Source: Alphaproteobacteria bacterium (GTDB taxonomy: Bacteria; Pseudomonadota; Alphaproteobacteria; GM7ARS4; G965262615). From it: a stretch of 64,000 nucleotides of DNA. The position numbers and the translations under genes were made by a program. The DNA is taken from assembly GCA_965262615.1 (NCBI GenBank), contig OZ253545.1, positions 576,001 to 640,000 of the forward strand, written 5' to 3'. Each line of letters begins with the position of its first letter. Positions within the stretch are counted from its first letter, which is position 1. Positions 10,320 through 19,138 of the stretch are shown here, piece by piece. The notes below the pieces were generated by a model. That model was not told the DNA's origin. It did not search any database and worked only from the letters and a program-made list of their open reading frames with translations.

Positions 10320-10986
10320 TTATCCTTTGCAAGGTGAGAAGTTGGCGCGCTGTTCCCATGTGCGTCATGGCTTTTTTGGACGAGACCACAACGCCAATGA
10401 CATTATGCGGTATTTTTCTGCGGTGCATCGGGTGTGTCAGGTGCACCAATGCCACAGCAGTGATGTGCGCGTCGTGAGCACAGAAGATGACTCGTCCGCT
10501 TGGCAGTGTGATGGCATGGTGACATGGGAGCGAGGCATTGTGCTGGCAGTTCGCACCGCCGATTGCATTCCGTTGTTGCTGGCGGCGGAGGGGTGTGTGG
10601 CTGCCATTCATGTGGGCTGGCGCGGCGCACTTGAGGGCATCATTGAGTCGGCACTGGCGCGCTTCAAGGCGCGAGGCATCGCACCACAGAATTGTCATGG
10701 CGTGATGGGACCCTCAATCATGGCACAGTCTTATGAAGTGGGAGCTGAATTTGAGGCAATGGTGGATGAACAATTTCTCACGCCATCCCCTCATAACCCC
10801 ACGCATTTTTTATTTGATTTGCGCGGCTATGTGATGACATCCCTCAAGAACGAAGGGGTGCACTCTCTTGAGGAGGTGGCGGTGGATACCTATCAAACGC
10901 ATTCTTTGTTTAGCCATCGCCGTTTTTGTCATGGTGGCAAACAAGGGAAAACGGGCACGCAATTGTCGGTGATTGGTCTTGTGTGA
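10306..10986 (+). CDS. pgeF: Purine nucleoside phosphorylase / peptidoglycan editing factor (YfiH/PgeF)
   Basis: RHGFF, TADCIPLLL, AIHVGWRG, YEVG, FSHRR. Confidence 0.9.
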   Translation: MIMGDYPLQGEKLARCSHVRHGFFGRDHNANDIMRYFSAVHRVCQVHQCHSSDVRVVSTEDDSSAWQCDGMVTWERGIVLAVRTADCIPLLLAAEGCVAAIHVGWRGALEGIIESALARFKARGIAPQNCHGVMGPSIMAQSYEVGAEFEAMVDEQFLTPSPHNPTHFLFDLRGYVMTSLKNEGVHSLEEVAVDTYQTHSLFSHRRFCHGGKQGKTGTQLSVIGLV

Positions 10987-11016
10987 GGACGCATCTCTTG
11001 TTATGGCCTTCATGAG

Positions 11017-11979
11017 ATGAAGATTTTTTCAGGCACAGGCAATGAACCATTGAGTCAAGCCATTGCATCCCACTTGGGGTTGCGGCTGGGGGCGATTGCC
11101 ACCAGTCGTTTTAGCGATGGCGAGCTGTTTATTGAAATTTTGGAGAATGTGCGTGGTGAGGATGTGTTTTTTGTGCAATCCACCTCCACTCCTGCCAATG
11201 ATCATGCGATGGAGCTGCTGATTGCGCTGGATGCCTTCAGACGCGGCTCGGCTCGGCGCATCACGGCTCTCATGCCGTATTATGGCTATGCGCGCCAAGA
11301 CCGAAAATCGGGACCTCGCACACCCATCACCGCTAAATTGATGGCGAATTTGATTACCATCGCCGGCGCGCATCGCTGCTTGACGGTGGATTTGCATGCG
11401 GGACAAATTCAGGGATTTTTTGACATTCCGTTGGACAATCTCTACGCCGCACCCGTGATGATTGACGACATTGACAAGCATTATCGTCAATCACAATTGG
11501 TGGTGGTGTCTCCTGATGTGGGGGGCGTGGTGCGGGCGCGCTCATTGGCGAGTCAGCTCAATGCGGGATTGGCGATTATTGATAAGCGTCGTGAGCACGC
11601 ATCGGTGTCGGAGGTGATGCACATCATTGGCGAAGTGGCGGACAAGGATTGTCTCATTATTGATGACATCATTGATACCGCAGGGACGCTGTGCAACGCC
11701 GCCGCCGCATTGCATGAGGAAGGGGCTCGGTCGGTGTGTGCCTATTCTTCTCATGGCGTGTTGTCGGGGGGAGCGGTGGCGCGCATTGAGGCATCGGTTT
11801 TGACGCGCGTGGTCATCACCGACAGCATCAAAGCCAGTGATGCAGTGCTGGCAGCTAAAAAAATAGAAACCATCTCCATCGCCCCCTTGCTCGCCGAAGC
11901 CATTCAGCGTATTCATAGGGAGGAGTCCGTGTCGGACTTGTTCGTCATGAGAAAGCAGGGCAAGAAAAAGGGTAAGTAA
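11017..11979 (+). CDS. prs: Ribose-phosphate pyrophosphokinase
   Basis: [38 protein letters not shown]. Confidence 0.98.
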   Translation: MKIFSGTGNEPLSQAIASHLGLRLGAIATSRFSDGELFIEILENVRGEDVFFVQSTSTPANDHAMELLIALDAFRRGSARRITALMPYYGYARQDRKSGPRTPITAKLMANLITIAGAHRCLTVDLHAGQIQGFFDIPLDNLYAAPVMIDDIDKHYRQSQLVVVSPDVGGVVRARSLASQLNAGLAIIDKRREHASVSEVMHIIGEVADKDCLIIDDIIDTAGTLCNAAAALHEEGARSVCAYSSHGVLSGGAVARIEASVLTRVVITDSIKASDAVLAAKKIETISIAPLLAEAIQRIHREESVSDLFVMRKQGKKKGK

Positions 11980-11983
11980 AATA

Positions 11984-12622
11984 ATGAGTGAGATTCAAAC
12001 ATTGACGGCACAGGCGCGTGTTCCTCACGGCAAGGGACAGCTCAGACGGGCGCGCGGACAAGGTCACATTCCAGCCATCATTTATGGTGCGTCTTCTGAG
12101 CCGACTCCCATCACTCTTGAGGAGAAGGTCGTGGGCAAAATTCTACGGCAGGGAGGATTTCTTGCCACGCAGTTTAACATTGAGTTGGACGGCAAGAAGC
12201 ACCATGTGTTGCCGCGCGCGGTGCAGTTTCATCCTGTGACGGAGCGTCTGCTTCATTTGGATTTCATGCGGGTCAGTGCCAAGACGAAAACCCATGTGAT
12301 GGTGCGGGTTGTGTTTATCAATGAGGATTCGTGTCTCGGACTCAAGCGCGGCGGGCTTCTCAATGTGGTGCGTCATGAGGTGGAGCTGGTGTGTGCGGTG
12401 TCTCAGATTCCTGATCATTTGGAGGTGGATTTGCAAAACTGCGACATTGGTGACTCCATTCACATGAGTCAGATTGGCTTGCCGTCTGGTGTTCACCCCG
12501 CCATCAGTGACCGCGACTTTACCATTGCCACCGTTGCCGCGCCCACCGTTGCCACCGAAGTCACGCCCAGCGAAGAAGCCGAAGAAGAAACCGCCGATGA
12601 AGGTGAGCAAAAAGAAGAGTGA
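11984..12622 (+). CDS. rplY: 50S ribosomal protein L25/Ctc
   Basis: IPAIIYG, VQFHPV, HLDF, GDSIH; prs-rplY-pth-ychF synteny. Confidence 0.96.
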   Translation: MSEIQTLTAQARVPHGKGQLRRARGQGHIPAIIYGASSEPTPITLEEKVVGKILRQGGFLATQFNIELDGKKHHVLPRAVQFHPVTERLLHLDFMRVSAKTKTHVMVRVVFINEDSCLGLKRGGLLNVVRHEVELVCAVSQIPDHLEVDLQNCDIGDSIHMSQIGLPSGVHPAISDRDFTIATVAAPTVATEVTPSEEAEEETADEGEQKEE

Positions 12623-12699
12623 AGACTATTATTGACGAGAAGGGGTTGCTCGCACTATATTTAAGCGGGTATCGTATTTTTCATCATAGAGGTGATGAC

Positions 12700-13278
12700 A
12701 TGAATCTTGACGCACTAATTGTAGGGCTTGGTAATTATGGCGAAGCGTATTGTCGCCATCGTCACAATGCGGGTTTTCGCATGGTGCGGGCGTTGATTGA
12801 TGCGCGCGGCTTGCCTGCTCCCAAAATGGATAAGAAGTTTGATTCTTTGATGACGCGCGGCACCATTGGGGATGTGCGCGCCATTGTGCTTCAGCCTCAA
12901 ACCTACATGAATCGCAGTGGTGAGGCGGTCAAGAAGGTCATGGATTATTTTGACTTGGATGTGGAACGCCTGTATGTGATTCATGATGATTTAGACTTGG
13001 CGTGCGGACAAATCAAAGTGAAGAGTGGTGGCGGAACGGCGGGTCATAACGGCTTGCGTTCATTGGATGCTCATGTGGGCAGCACGGATTATCATCGCTT
13101 GCGGGTGGGCATCGGACGCCCTTCCCACAAAGAAGATGTGGTGCGTTATGTTTTGCACGATTTCGCCAAAGAAGATGAAGAATGGCTTGTGCCGTGCGAG
13201 GAAAAAGTCAGCAAGGAGTTTCCTTTGTGGATTACCCAAGGGGATGAGGCTTTGCGTAGGCAATTGCAAAACAGCTGA
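12700..13278 (+). CDS. pth: Peptidyl-tRNA hydrolase
   Basis: VGLGN, RHNAGF, PQTYMNRSG, HDDLD, GHNGLRS. Confidence 0.97.
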   Translation: MNLDALIVGLGNYGEAYCRHRHNAGFRMVRALIDARGLPAPKMDKKFDSLMTRGTIGDVRAIVLQPQTYMNRSGEAVKKVMDYFDLDVERLYVIHDDLDLACGQIKVKSGGGTAGHNGLRSLDAHVGSTDYHRLRVGIGRPSHKEDVVRYVLHDFAKEDEEWLVPCEEKVSKEFPLWITQGDEALRRQLQNS

Positions 13279-14360
13279 TGGGTTTTTCGTGCGGCATTGT
13301 GGGCTTGCCCAATGCTGGAAAATCAACTTTTTTCAATGGTTTGATGACGCGTGCCGCGTCAGAATCCGCCAATTATCCCTTTTGCACCATAGAGCCTCAC
13401 AGAGGACAGGTGGCTGTGCCCGATGAGCGATTGACATCACTGGCGACTCTATCGGCTTCCCAAAGCGTCATTCCCGCCACCATTGAGGTGGTGGATATTG
13501 CCGGACTGGTGCGTGGTGCAAGTGAAGGCGAGGGTCTTGGCAATCGGTTTCTCGCCCACATTCGTGAGGTGGATGCCATTGCCCATGTGGTGCGCTGTTA
13601 TGAAAGTGAGCAGATTGTCCATGTGGAGTCGTCCGTTGATGCGGTGCGCGATGTGGACATTATCAACACCGAATTGATTTTGGCAGACTTGGCAACGGTG
13701 GAATCCATGACGGGCAGATTGCGTAAAAATCAGGACAAAGAAAGTCACGCCGTGAGAGCGTTGCTGGCGCGCTATGCAGCATGGCTCAATGAGGGCAAGC
13801 GAGCAAACCTCATGCCGCTGGAGGAAGCGGAGGAATTGTTGATTAAACACCTTCCCTTATTGACGCTCAAACCTCTTTTGTATGTGGCGAATGTGTCCGA
13901 TGGGGGCGGCGGCGATCATGCGGCGGCTCTGAGCGCGTATGCCTCTGAGGAAGGCGCGTTGTGCGTGTCTGTTGCCTGCGGCGCGGAGGCGGAAATTGTC
14001 GCATTGGAGGAAGACCAGCGAGATGATTATCGCTCCATGCTGGGGCTACAGACATCGGCATTGCAGCTGTTTTTGCAAAAAGGCTATGAACTTTTGGGAT
14101 TGCAGAGTTTTTTCACCTCAGGCCCCCAAGAGACGCGAGCGTGGTCGTATCCTGTGGGGACGGCGGCACCACAGGCAGCAGGATTGATTCACGGAGACTT
14201 TGAAAGAGGCTTTATCGCCGCCGAAGTGGCGCGCTACGAGGACATCATGGCTTGCAACGGCTGGGAAAACGCCAAAGCCCAAGGCAAAATACGCGTTCAA
14301 GGCAAAGACTATATCATGCAGGATGGCGATGTGGTCTTTTTTCGCTTCAATGTGCAGTGA
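13278..14360 (+). CDS. ychF: Redox-regulated ATPase YchF
   Basis: [39 protein letters not shown]. Confidence 0.98.
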   Translation: MGFSCGIVGLPNAGKSTFFNGLMTRAASESANYPFCTIEPHRGQVAVPDERLTSLATLSASQSVIPATIEVVDIAGLVRGASEGEGLGNRFLAHIREVDAIAHVVRCYESEQIVHVESSVDAVRDVDIINTELILADLATVESMTGRLRKNQDKESHAVRALLARYAAWLNEGKRANLMPLEEAEELLIKHLPLLTLKPLLYVANVSDGGGGDHAAALSAYASEEGALCVSVACGAEAEIVALEEDQRDDYRSMLGLQTSALQLFLQKGYELLGLQSFFTSGPQETRAWSYPVGTAAPQAAGLIHGDFERGFIAAEVARYEDIMACNGWENAKAQGKIRVQGKDYIMQDGDVVFFRFNVQ

Positions 14361-14392
14361 TGGCGACAAGACAGAGGCTCATCCATCAAGCA

Positions 14393-14448
14393 CCATCAAT
14401 ATGGTCATGAGGGGTTTTCATTGAAGATGAAAATGACTATATTGGTGG
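14393..14448. repeat. Imperfect inverted repeat upstream of the hicB-like gene
   Basis: CATCAATATGGTCAT (14394-14408) pairs with ATGACTATATTGGTG (14433-14447) with two G:T; inner TTTCAT/ATGAAA stem. Confidence 0.6.
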
Positions 14449-14464
14449 GCAATGGAGGTCGCGA

Positions 14465-14818
14465 ATGAGTGGAAATCTTGAGTTGAATACAAAAGCTACG
14501 AGCGGCAAAATCAGTGTTGTCATCGTGAAAGACACGATGGGCTGTGTCGCGATTGGGCTGGAGCATTACATCGCCGCACAGGGTGATACCCCAAAGGATG
14601 CGATGCTTAATTTCGTCAAGACTCTTTATGCCGAGCTGACTTTTTGCTTTGAAAATGACTTGGGAGCTTTTGAGGGTATTGAGCCAGCTCCACAGGAGTA
14701 TTGGGACATGTATCATGCAGGGGCTAAAGATGAATTGGCTTCTGAAAGCAAGCAGGTCTCTCAAGATCAATTAAAGGTTTTTCAATTGCCGATGATTGAT
14801 TGCAGGTTGGCAGCTTGA
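14465..14818 (+). CDS. HicB-like antitoxin (partial RNase H fold)
   Basis: VAIGLEHYIAAQGDTPKDAMLNF resembles HicB tqGdT.eEA..n; SD GGAGG; TGATG coupling to next ORF. Confidence 0.65.
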   Translation: MSGNLELNTKATSGKISVVIVKDTMGCVAIGLEHYIAAQGDTPKDAMLNFVKTLYAELTFCFENDLGAFEGIEPAPQEYWDMYHAGAKDELASESKQVSQDQLKVFQLPMIDCRLAA

Positions 14819-15039
14819 TGGCAAAGCCGCTCATATACAAGGAATTTGAGGCAATTGCCATTAAAGAATTCTCTTGTGAGATTTATAAGGGTGCGATGAT
14901 ACATTTGACGCGCCATCATGAGGGTGTCTTGAAGCGAACGCCAGTTTTGTCGCCCCATGAGAAGATGAACCCTAGAATGATTCAGCAAATGTGCAAGCGT
15001 CTCAAGTTGCCACAGAAGCGATTTGAGGATTATCTGTAG
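14818..15039 (+). CDS. HicA-like toxin (small basic dsRBD-type protein)
   Basis: 73 aa, basic; PLIYKEF...IHL...EKMNPRMIQQMCKRLKL fits the HicA pattern; canonical GSH not conserved. Confidence 0.55.
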   Translation: MAKPLIYKEFEAIAIKEFSCEIYKGAMIHLTRHHEGVLKRTPVLSPHEKMNPRMIQQMCKRLKLPQKRFEDYL

Positions 15040-15045
15040 CAGATT

Positions 15046-15068
15046 CCCATCATTTGATGGGTTTTTTT
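15046..15068 (+). terminator. Rho-independent terminator after the TA pair
   Basis: CCCATC-ATTT-GATGGG followed by T7. Confidence 0.8.
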
Positions 15069-15139
15069 ATGTAGTGTCGTCAAAAGATGGACTTAATTTT
15101 TCGTGAAGTAAAGGAAAATCTAAATTTTTAACAAAAAGT

Positions 15140-15180
15140 GCTTGTGATCAATCAAAAAATGATCGTAGTTTCGGATCGCT
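15140..15180 (+). promoter_or_regulatory. Upstream region of the R-M operon with three clustered GATC sites
   Basis: GATC at 15146, 15161 and 15174, just upstream of SD GGAGG and ATG 15194. Confidence 0.5.
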
Positions 15181-15193
15181 CTGGAGGTTCGAA

Positions 15194-15955
15194 ATGGCAT
15201 CATCACAAAGCTGGCAAAAGATATTCAAAGACTATGATATTTTGAACCATGATTTTAGGTCAGGATACTTCCCTTTGTCCAATGACATGATAAAGGAGAG
15301 TTGCCAAAATTTCAAAGCAACAGGTGAAAAAGAGGTTCGCATCCTATGCAAACAAGATAGCCGTGAGGATGTTCCCGACATCATGCGCGAGCATGGGCTT
15401 TTTTTACTCCCCATCAAAAACGGCTCTTATGTCATCATAAAAGGCGAAGGATACATGGATATTCCAGAAATTGATGAAGTAGCAGAAAACTATCAATCAA
15501 AATTGGGCTTTACGCCTAAATCATCCAAAGTTGGCAATTCAGAAATGCAACATGTTGATTTTGCCTTTGCGACCAGCCTTATCAGAACTTTTATGGCAGA
15601 TGACAGTTTGGTTCTCACCATTAGAGGCAGAAAATACACACCTGAATTTTCTTTTAGAGTGGGGCAACAAAATATCGAAGTAAAAAGCGTTCAAACGGAA
15701 GTGGATGCGGGTTTTGAAGGCAAAGACAAAATTGTTCTTGTAGAAGCTAAAAATTCAAGAACAAAAAATGTGATTATAAGGCAGTTGTATTATCCCTTCA
15801 GAAAATGGGGAATTGAAACGGGCAAAAAAATCCATTCCTTGTTTTTTGAAAAAAGAGGTAAGGCATATTTCATTTGGGAGTATGACTTCAAAGACGAAGA
15901 GGATTACAACAGCATTGAGCTCATTAGAAGCGCAAAATTTGAAATTAAGAATTAA
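15194..15955 (+). CDS. Putative type II restriction endonuclease (PD-(D/E)xK)
   Basis: QTEVDAGFE...LVEAK...IRQLYYPFR nuclease motif; directly upstream of a DNA MTase; AT-rich. Confidence 0.75.
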   Translation: MASSQSWQKIFKDYDILNHDFRSGYFPLSNDMIKESCQNFKATGEKEVRILCKQDSREDVPDIMREHGLFLLPIKNGSYVIIKGEGYMDIPEIDEVAENYQSKLGFTPKSSKVGNSEMQHVDFAFATSLIRTFMADDSLVLTIRGRKYTPEFSFRVGQQNIEVKSVQTEVDAGFEGKDKIVLVEAKNSRTKNVIIRQLYYPFRKWGIETGKKIHSLFFEKRGKAYFIWEYDFKDEEDYNSIELIRSAKFEIKN

Positions 15956-15956
15956 G

Positions 15957-16748
15957 ATGAGCTTGTTTTTTTCAGAAGAAGCCATCAAGCTCTATCAAGA
16001 TGATTGCATTGCTGTGCTTGAACAGATGGAACAAGACGGGGTGCAATGCGATATGATATTTGCCGACCCACCTTATAATTTGTCCAACGATGGCATGAGC
16101 TGTCATGGTGGCAAAAGAGTGAGTGTCAATAAGGGTGAGTGGGATAAGTCAAACGGCTTAATGGAAGATGGGATTTTCACGGCAAAATGGATAGATGCTT
16201 GTCGCCGTATCCTAAAAGATAATGGCACAATTTGGATTAGTGGCACTCTGCATAATATCTATGTTGTCGGCTGGACATTGCAGCAGCTCAAATTTCACAT
16301 TCTCAATGACATCAGCTGGTTCAAGCCGAACGCGCCGCCACACTTGGCGTGTCGTTATTTTGCTCACTCTCATGAAACATTGCTATGGGCAAAAAAGAGC
16401 AAAAAGGCAAAGCACTACTTTGATTACCAACTCATGAAGCAGTGGGATGCCTCGCAAGACATGATAAAAAATGAAAAGAAACAAATGCGAAGTGTCTGGG
16501 CAATTGGCACGACTCCCAAAGCCGAAAAGGAATTGGGCAAACACCCCACGCAAAAACCATCGGAACTTTTGAGACGAATCATCCTTTCATCCACGCAAGA
16601 AGGCGATACGGTTCTTGACCCTTTTTGTGGCAGTGGAACAACGGGAGTCATCGCCAAAAAATATCGCCGCCACTTCATCGGCATTGACACCAACCCCACC
16701 TACCTCAGCCTCGCCCAAAACCGCATCCAAAAGATAAAAGCCGTTTAA
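15957..16748 (+). CDS. Beta-class DNA adenine methyltransferase, DpnA (M2.DpnII)-like, predicted GATC
   Basis: ADPPY, VSVNKGEWDK, WISGTLHNIY, CRYFAHSHET, KHPTQKP, LDPFCGSGTT; motif order and wording match DpnA as recalled. Confidence 0.9.
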   Translation: MSLFFSEEAIKLYQDDCIAVLEQMEQDGVQCDMIFADPPYNLSNDGMSCHGGKRVSVNKGEWDKSNGLMEDGIFTAKWIDACRRILKDNGTIWISGTLHNIYVVGWTLQQLKFHILNDISWFKPNAPPHLACRYFAHSHETLLWAKKSKKAKHYFDYQLMKQWDASQDMIKNEKKQMRSVWAIGTTPKAEKELGKHPTQKPSELLRRIILSSTQEGDTVLDPFCGSGTTGVIAKKYRRHFIGIDTNPTYLSLAQNRIQKIKAV

Positions 16749-16900
16749 CCGACAATGCAATTCATTATTCGACTTTTAGTTTTCAAAAAGTACACACCCC
16801 GTGATTTTTTCTTCTTTAGTACTAGTAAACGAAAAAAGTTATGTTATCTCTTGACAACCTTCTAGGAATTTGAGACAAGTACACCAGTAGCAGGTTGCGG

Positions 16901-16971
16901 TGGAGAGGAGGGGATTCGAACCCCCCGACATCAGATGTAAAGCCGGCGTTGTGCACCATAGCACCCTCCCC
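16901..16971 (-). ncRNA. Non-canonical tRNA-like RNA with alanine identity elements (G3:U70, A73)
   Basis: GGGGAGG/CCTCTCC acceptor stem plus A, then CCG; T arm GGGGG-TTCGAAT-CCCCT; D-like hairpin GTGC-TATGGT-GCAC; irregular anticodon arm. Confidence 0.65.
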
Positions 16972-17039
16972 CCTGCTGCTTATGAACTGTATCGGTTTCC
17001 CCTTGTGGGATGCCGATGCGGTCGCATAATCAATGACCC

Positions 17040-17068
17040 ACCATACCATATTGTTTTTCAAAAGTCAA
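17040..17068 (-). promoter_or_regulatory. Sigma70-like promoter pointing into the tRNA-like element
   Basis: Minus strand TTGACT-17 nt-TATGGT with TG before the -10. Confidence 0.6.
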
Positions 17069-17231
17069 GAACTTTTTCGGATTTTCCACAATCCATTGTG
17101 GGGTGATGCCTCGAGACCTACCATCAGCTGACGCTTGCGAGGGATTTCAATTGACACCAACGCCATCTTTTCCCCACCTTTCCGTCACTTTTTTCTTGCT
17201 TTTTATGAGTTTTTGAGGCATGACATATCTT

Positions 17232-17564
17232 ATGAGTGTTGCGATACGATTAGCACGAGGTGGGGCGAAGAAGCGTCCTTACTATCGCATTGTGGTTGCT
17301 GACAGGCGCATGAAGCGTGACGGCAGATTTATTGAGCGCGTGGGGTCATATAATCCCATGCTGGCGAAGGGGGATGCGGCGCGAGTTGTTCTCAATGAGG
17401 AGCGTATCCGATATTGGCTTGAATGTGGCGCGCAGCCGAGCGAGCGGGTGCAGAGTTTTTTGGCGGCTGCCAAGATGATGCCGCCGCGTGCCGTCCCGAA
17501 ACAGACGGTGCGTCATATTGCGCGCGCCAAACGCAGAGGCGAAGCTGCCACAGCGGCATCATGA
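17232..17564 (+). CDS. rpsP: 30S ribosomal protein S16
   Basis: [20 protein letters not shown]...RDGRFIE. Confidence 0.98.
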   Translation: MSVAIRLARGGAKKRPYYRIVVADRRMKRDGRFIERVGSYNPMLAKGDAARVVLNEERIRYWLECGAQPSERVQSFLAAAKMMPPRAVPKQTVRHIARAKRRGEAATAAS

Positions 17565-18135
17565 CATTCCACAAGGCACGGTGTGTTTAGCCACAGTGGG
17601 GCGTCCGTTTGGTGTGCGCGGGGCTTTTTGGCTTGTCTCTTACACTCAGCCTGCTGAAAAGATTTTTTCTTACGAAAAATTGTGCCTATGGTTTCATCAT
17701 GATGGTGAAGTCGTCCCTATCTCTTTGCACCGTCATGGACACGCCAGTCGCAAGACAAGCACCTTAGTGGCGCGCAGCAAGGATGTGACATCACGGGAGC
17801 AAGCCGCAGCATGGCGCAATGCCGCCATCATCATCAAAAAATCCGACCTGCCGCCGTGCCAAGAGGATGAATTCTACTTTCACGATTTAACGGGATTGCG
17901 GGTGCATGACCGACAGGGCAATCATTGCGGCGTTGTGAGTCATTGTTATGATACGGGGGCGGGTGCGGCGATTGTGTCTATTCGCTCGCTGTGCGAAACG
18001 CGCGTTTGGGATGTGCCTTTGACGAAGACCGCGGTGGTGACGGTCAATGTGCCACAGGGATTTTTGGTGGTCGGTGATGCGTGGCGGGAGCCGTTGCCCG
18101 AGAAGGAGAATGAGAAGGACAAGAAGGAGTCATGA
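17488..18135 (+). CDS. rimM: 16S rRNA processing protein RimM (start uncertain, possibly GTG 17581)
   Basis: [11 protein letters not shown]...[11 protein letters not shown]; between rpsP and trmD. Confidence 0.9.
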   Translation: MPSRNRRCVILRAPNAEAKLPQRHHDIPQGTVCLATVGRPFGVRGAFWLVSYTQPAEKIFSYEKLCLWFHHDGEVVPISLHRHGHASRKTSTLVARSKDVTSREQAAAWRNAAIIIKKSDLPPCQEDEFYFHDLTGLRVHDRQGNHCGVVSHCYDTGAGAAIVSIRSLCETRVWDVPLTKTAVVTVNVPQGFLVVGDAWREPLPEKENEKDKKES

Positions 18136-18136
18136 C

Positions 18137-18826
18137 ATGTGGCAGGCAACGGTTCTGACATTGTTTCCAGAGTTTTTTCCGAGCATTTTGGATGCGTCCT
18201 TGCTGGGCGCGGCGCGGCGCAAGAAGCTGTGGAATCTGACGGCGGTGGATGTGCGCGCCTTTGCTCATGATTCTCACGCGTCGGTGGACGACAGACCCTT
18301 TGGCGGCGGGGCGGGGATGGTGCTGCGTGCCGATGTGTTGGATGCGGCGTTGCGTCATCATCATGATTCCTCGCATGGTTTGTATTGTTTGTCACCCCGT
18401 GGACGACTGCTGAATCAATCGTCATTGCAGGCGATGGCGCGCCTTCGCGGCATCACATTATTATGCGGGCGTTATGAGGCTATTGACCAGCGCGTGTTGG
18501 ATCACTGGCGTATTGAAGAGGTGAGCATTGGTGACTATATCTTAGCGGGAGGCGAGGTCGCCGCCATGGTGGTGATTGAAGCCACGGTGCGTCTGCTGGA
18601 TGGCGTGATGGGCAACGCGCACTCTCATACTGAGGAGAGTTTGCAGGGTCACTTGTTGGAATATCCTCACTACACTCAGCCTCTTGTGTATGAGGGACGC
18701 GGTGTGCCTGAGGTTCTGCGATCGGGAAATCACGCCGCAATTCAAGCGTGGCGCAAAAAACAAGCCGAAGACCTCACACGAAAACGCCGTCCAGACCTGT
18801 GGAAAAAGCTAGGAAATTTGCCATAG
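18137..18826 (+). CDS. trmD: tRNA (guanine-N1)-methyltransferase
   Basis: TLFPE, VDDRPFGGGAGM, CGRYE.ID.R, SIGDY.L.GGE, SGNH. Confidence 0.98.
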   Translation: MWQATVLTLFPEFFPSILDASLLGAARRKKLWNLTAVDVRAFAHDSHASVDDRPFGGGAGMVLRADVLDAALRHHHDSSHGLYCLSPRGRLLNQSSLQAMARLRGITLLCGRYEAIDQRVLDHWRIEEVSIGDYILAGGEVAAMVVIEATVRLLDGVMGNAHSHTEESLQGHLLEYPHYTQPLVYEGRGVPEVLRSGNHAAIQAWRKKQAEDLTRKRRPDLWKKLGNLP

Positions 18827-19138
18827 AAATTTCCATTTCTGGCTATCCTTTTAACATTTTAGGGATTTATGTATTTTTTATTCTTTCTATTGAACTGCCT
18901 CTAGTTTTATTATACAAAATAGAGGCAATCCATGTGGATTGTAAAACCCCTAATAGAGTAATCCTATGACAACAGAACCCTTTTACCTTGACGGAACTGG
19001 CAAGCATGGGCACGCCATAAAGCAGTTGAACGCAATCTTGCGCGCTGATGCTTTGATGGAATCGGCGCGGGCGGCGCGCTGTTGGCGATAAGAGGCGAGC
19101 GCGTATAGCGTATGATGATGCGTTATATGGGATGGGCT

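Noticed and set aside
16750-16971. Two-piece (permuted) alphaproteobacterial tmRNA gene
   Set aside because: The 5' acceptor strand lies upstream in the same 71 nt; no downstream complementary GGGG strand or tag reading frame was found
16901-16971. Ochre suppressor (UUA) or tRNA-Val(UAC)
   Set aside because: Neither register gives a canonical 5-bp stem with a 7-nt loop, so no anticodon can be assigned; TAA is used as a normal stop in this window
16822-17106. Short ORFs 16822-17061 (-) and 16900-17106 (+)
   Set aside because: They overlap the tRNA-like element and its promoter and show no protein features
16860-17220. SRP RNA (ffs) near rpsP
   Set aside because: The conserved CAGG...GGAA...GCAG domain IV motif is absent
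17488-17600. Frameshift or pseudogene at the rimM start
   Set aside because: ATG 17561 is out of frame, but in-frame GTG codons (17488, 17581) give an intact RimM
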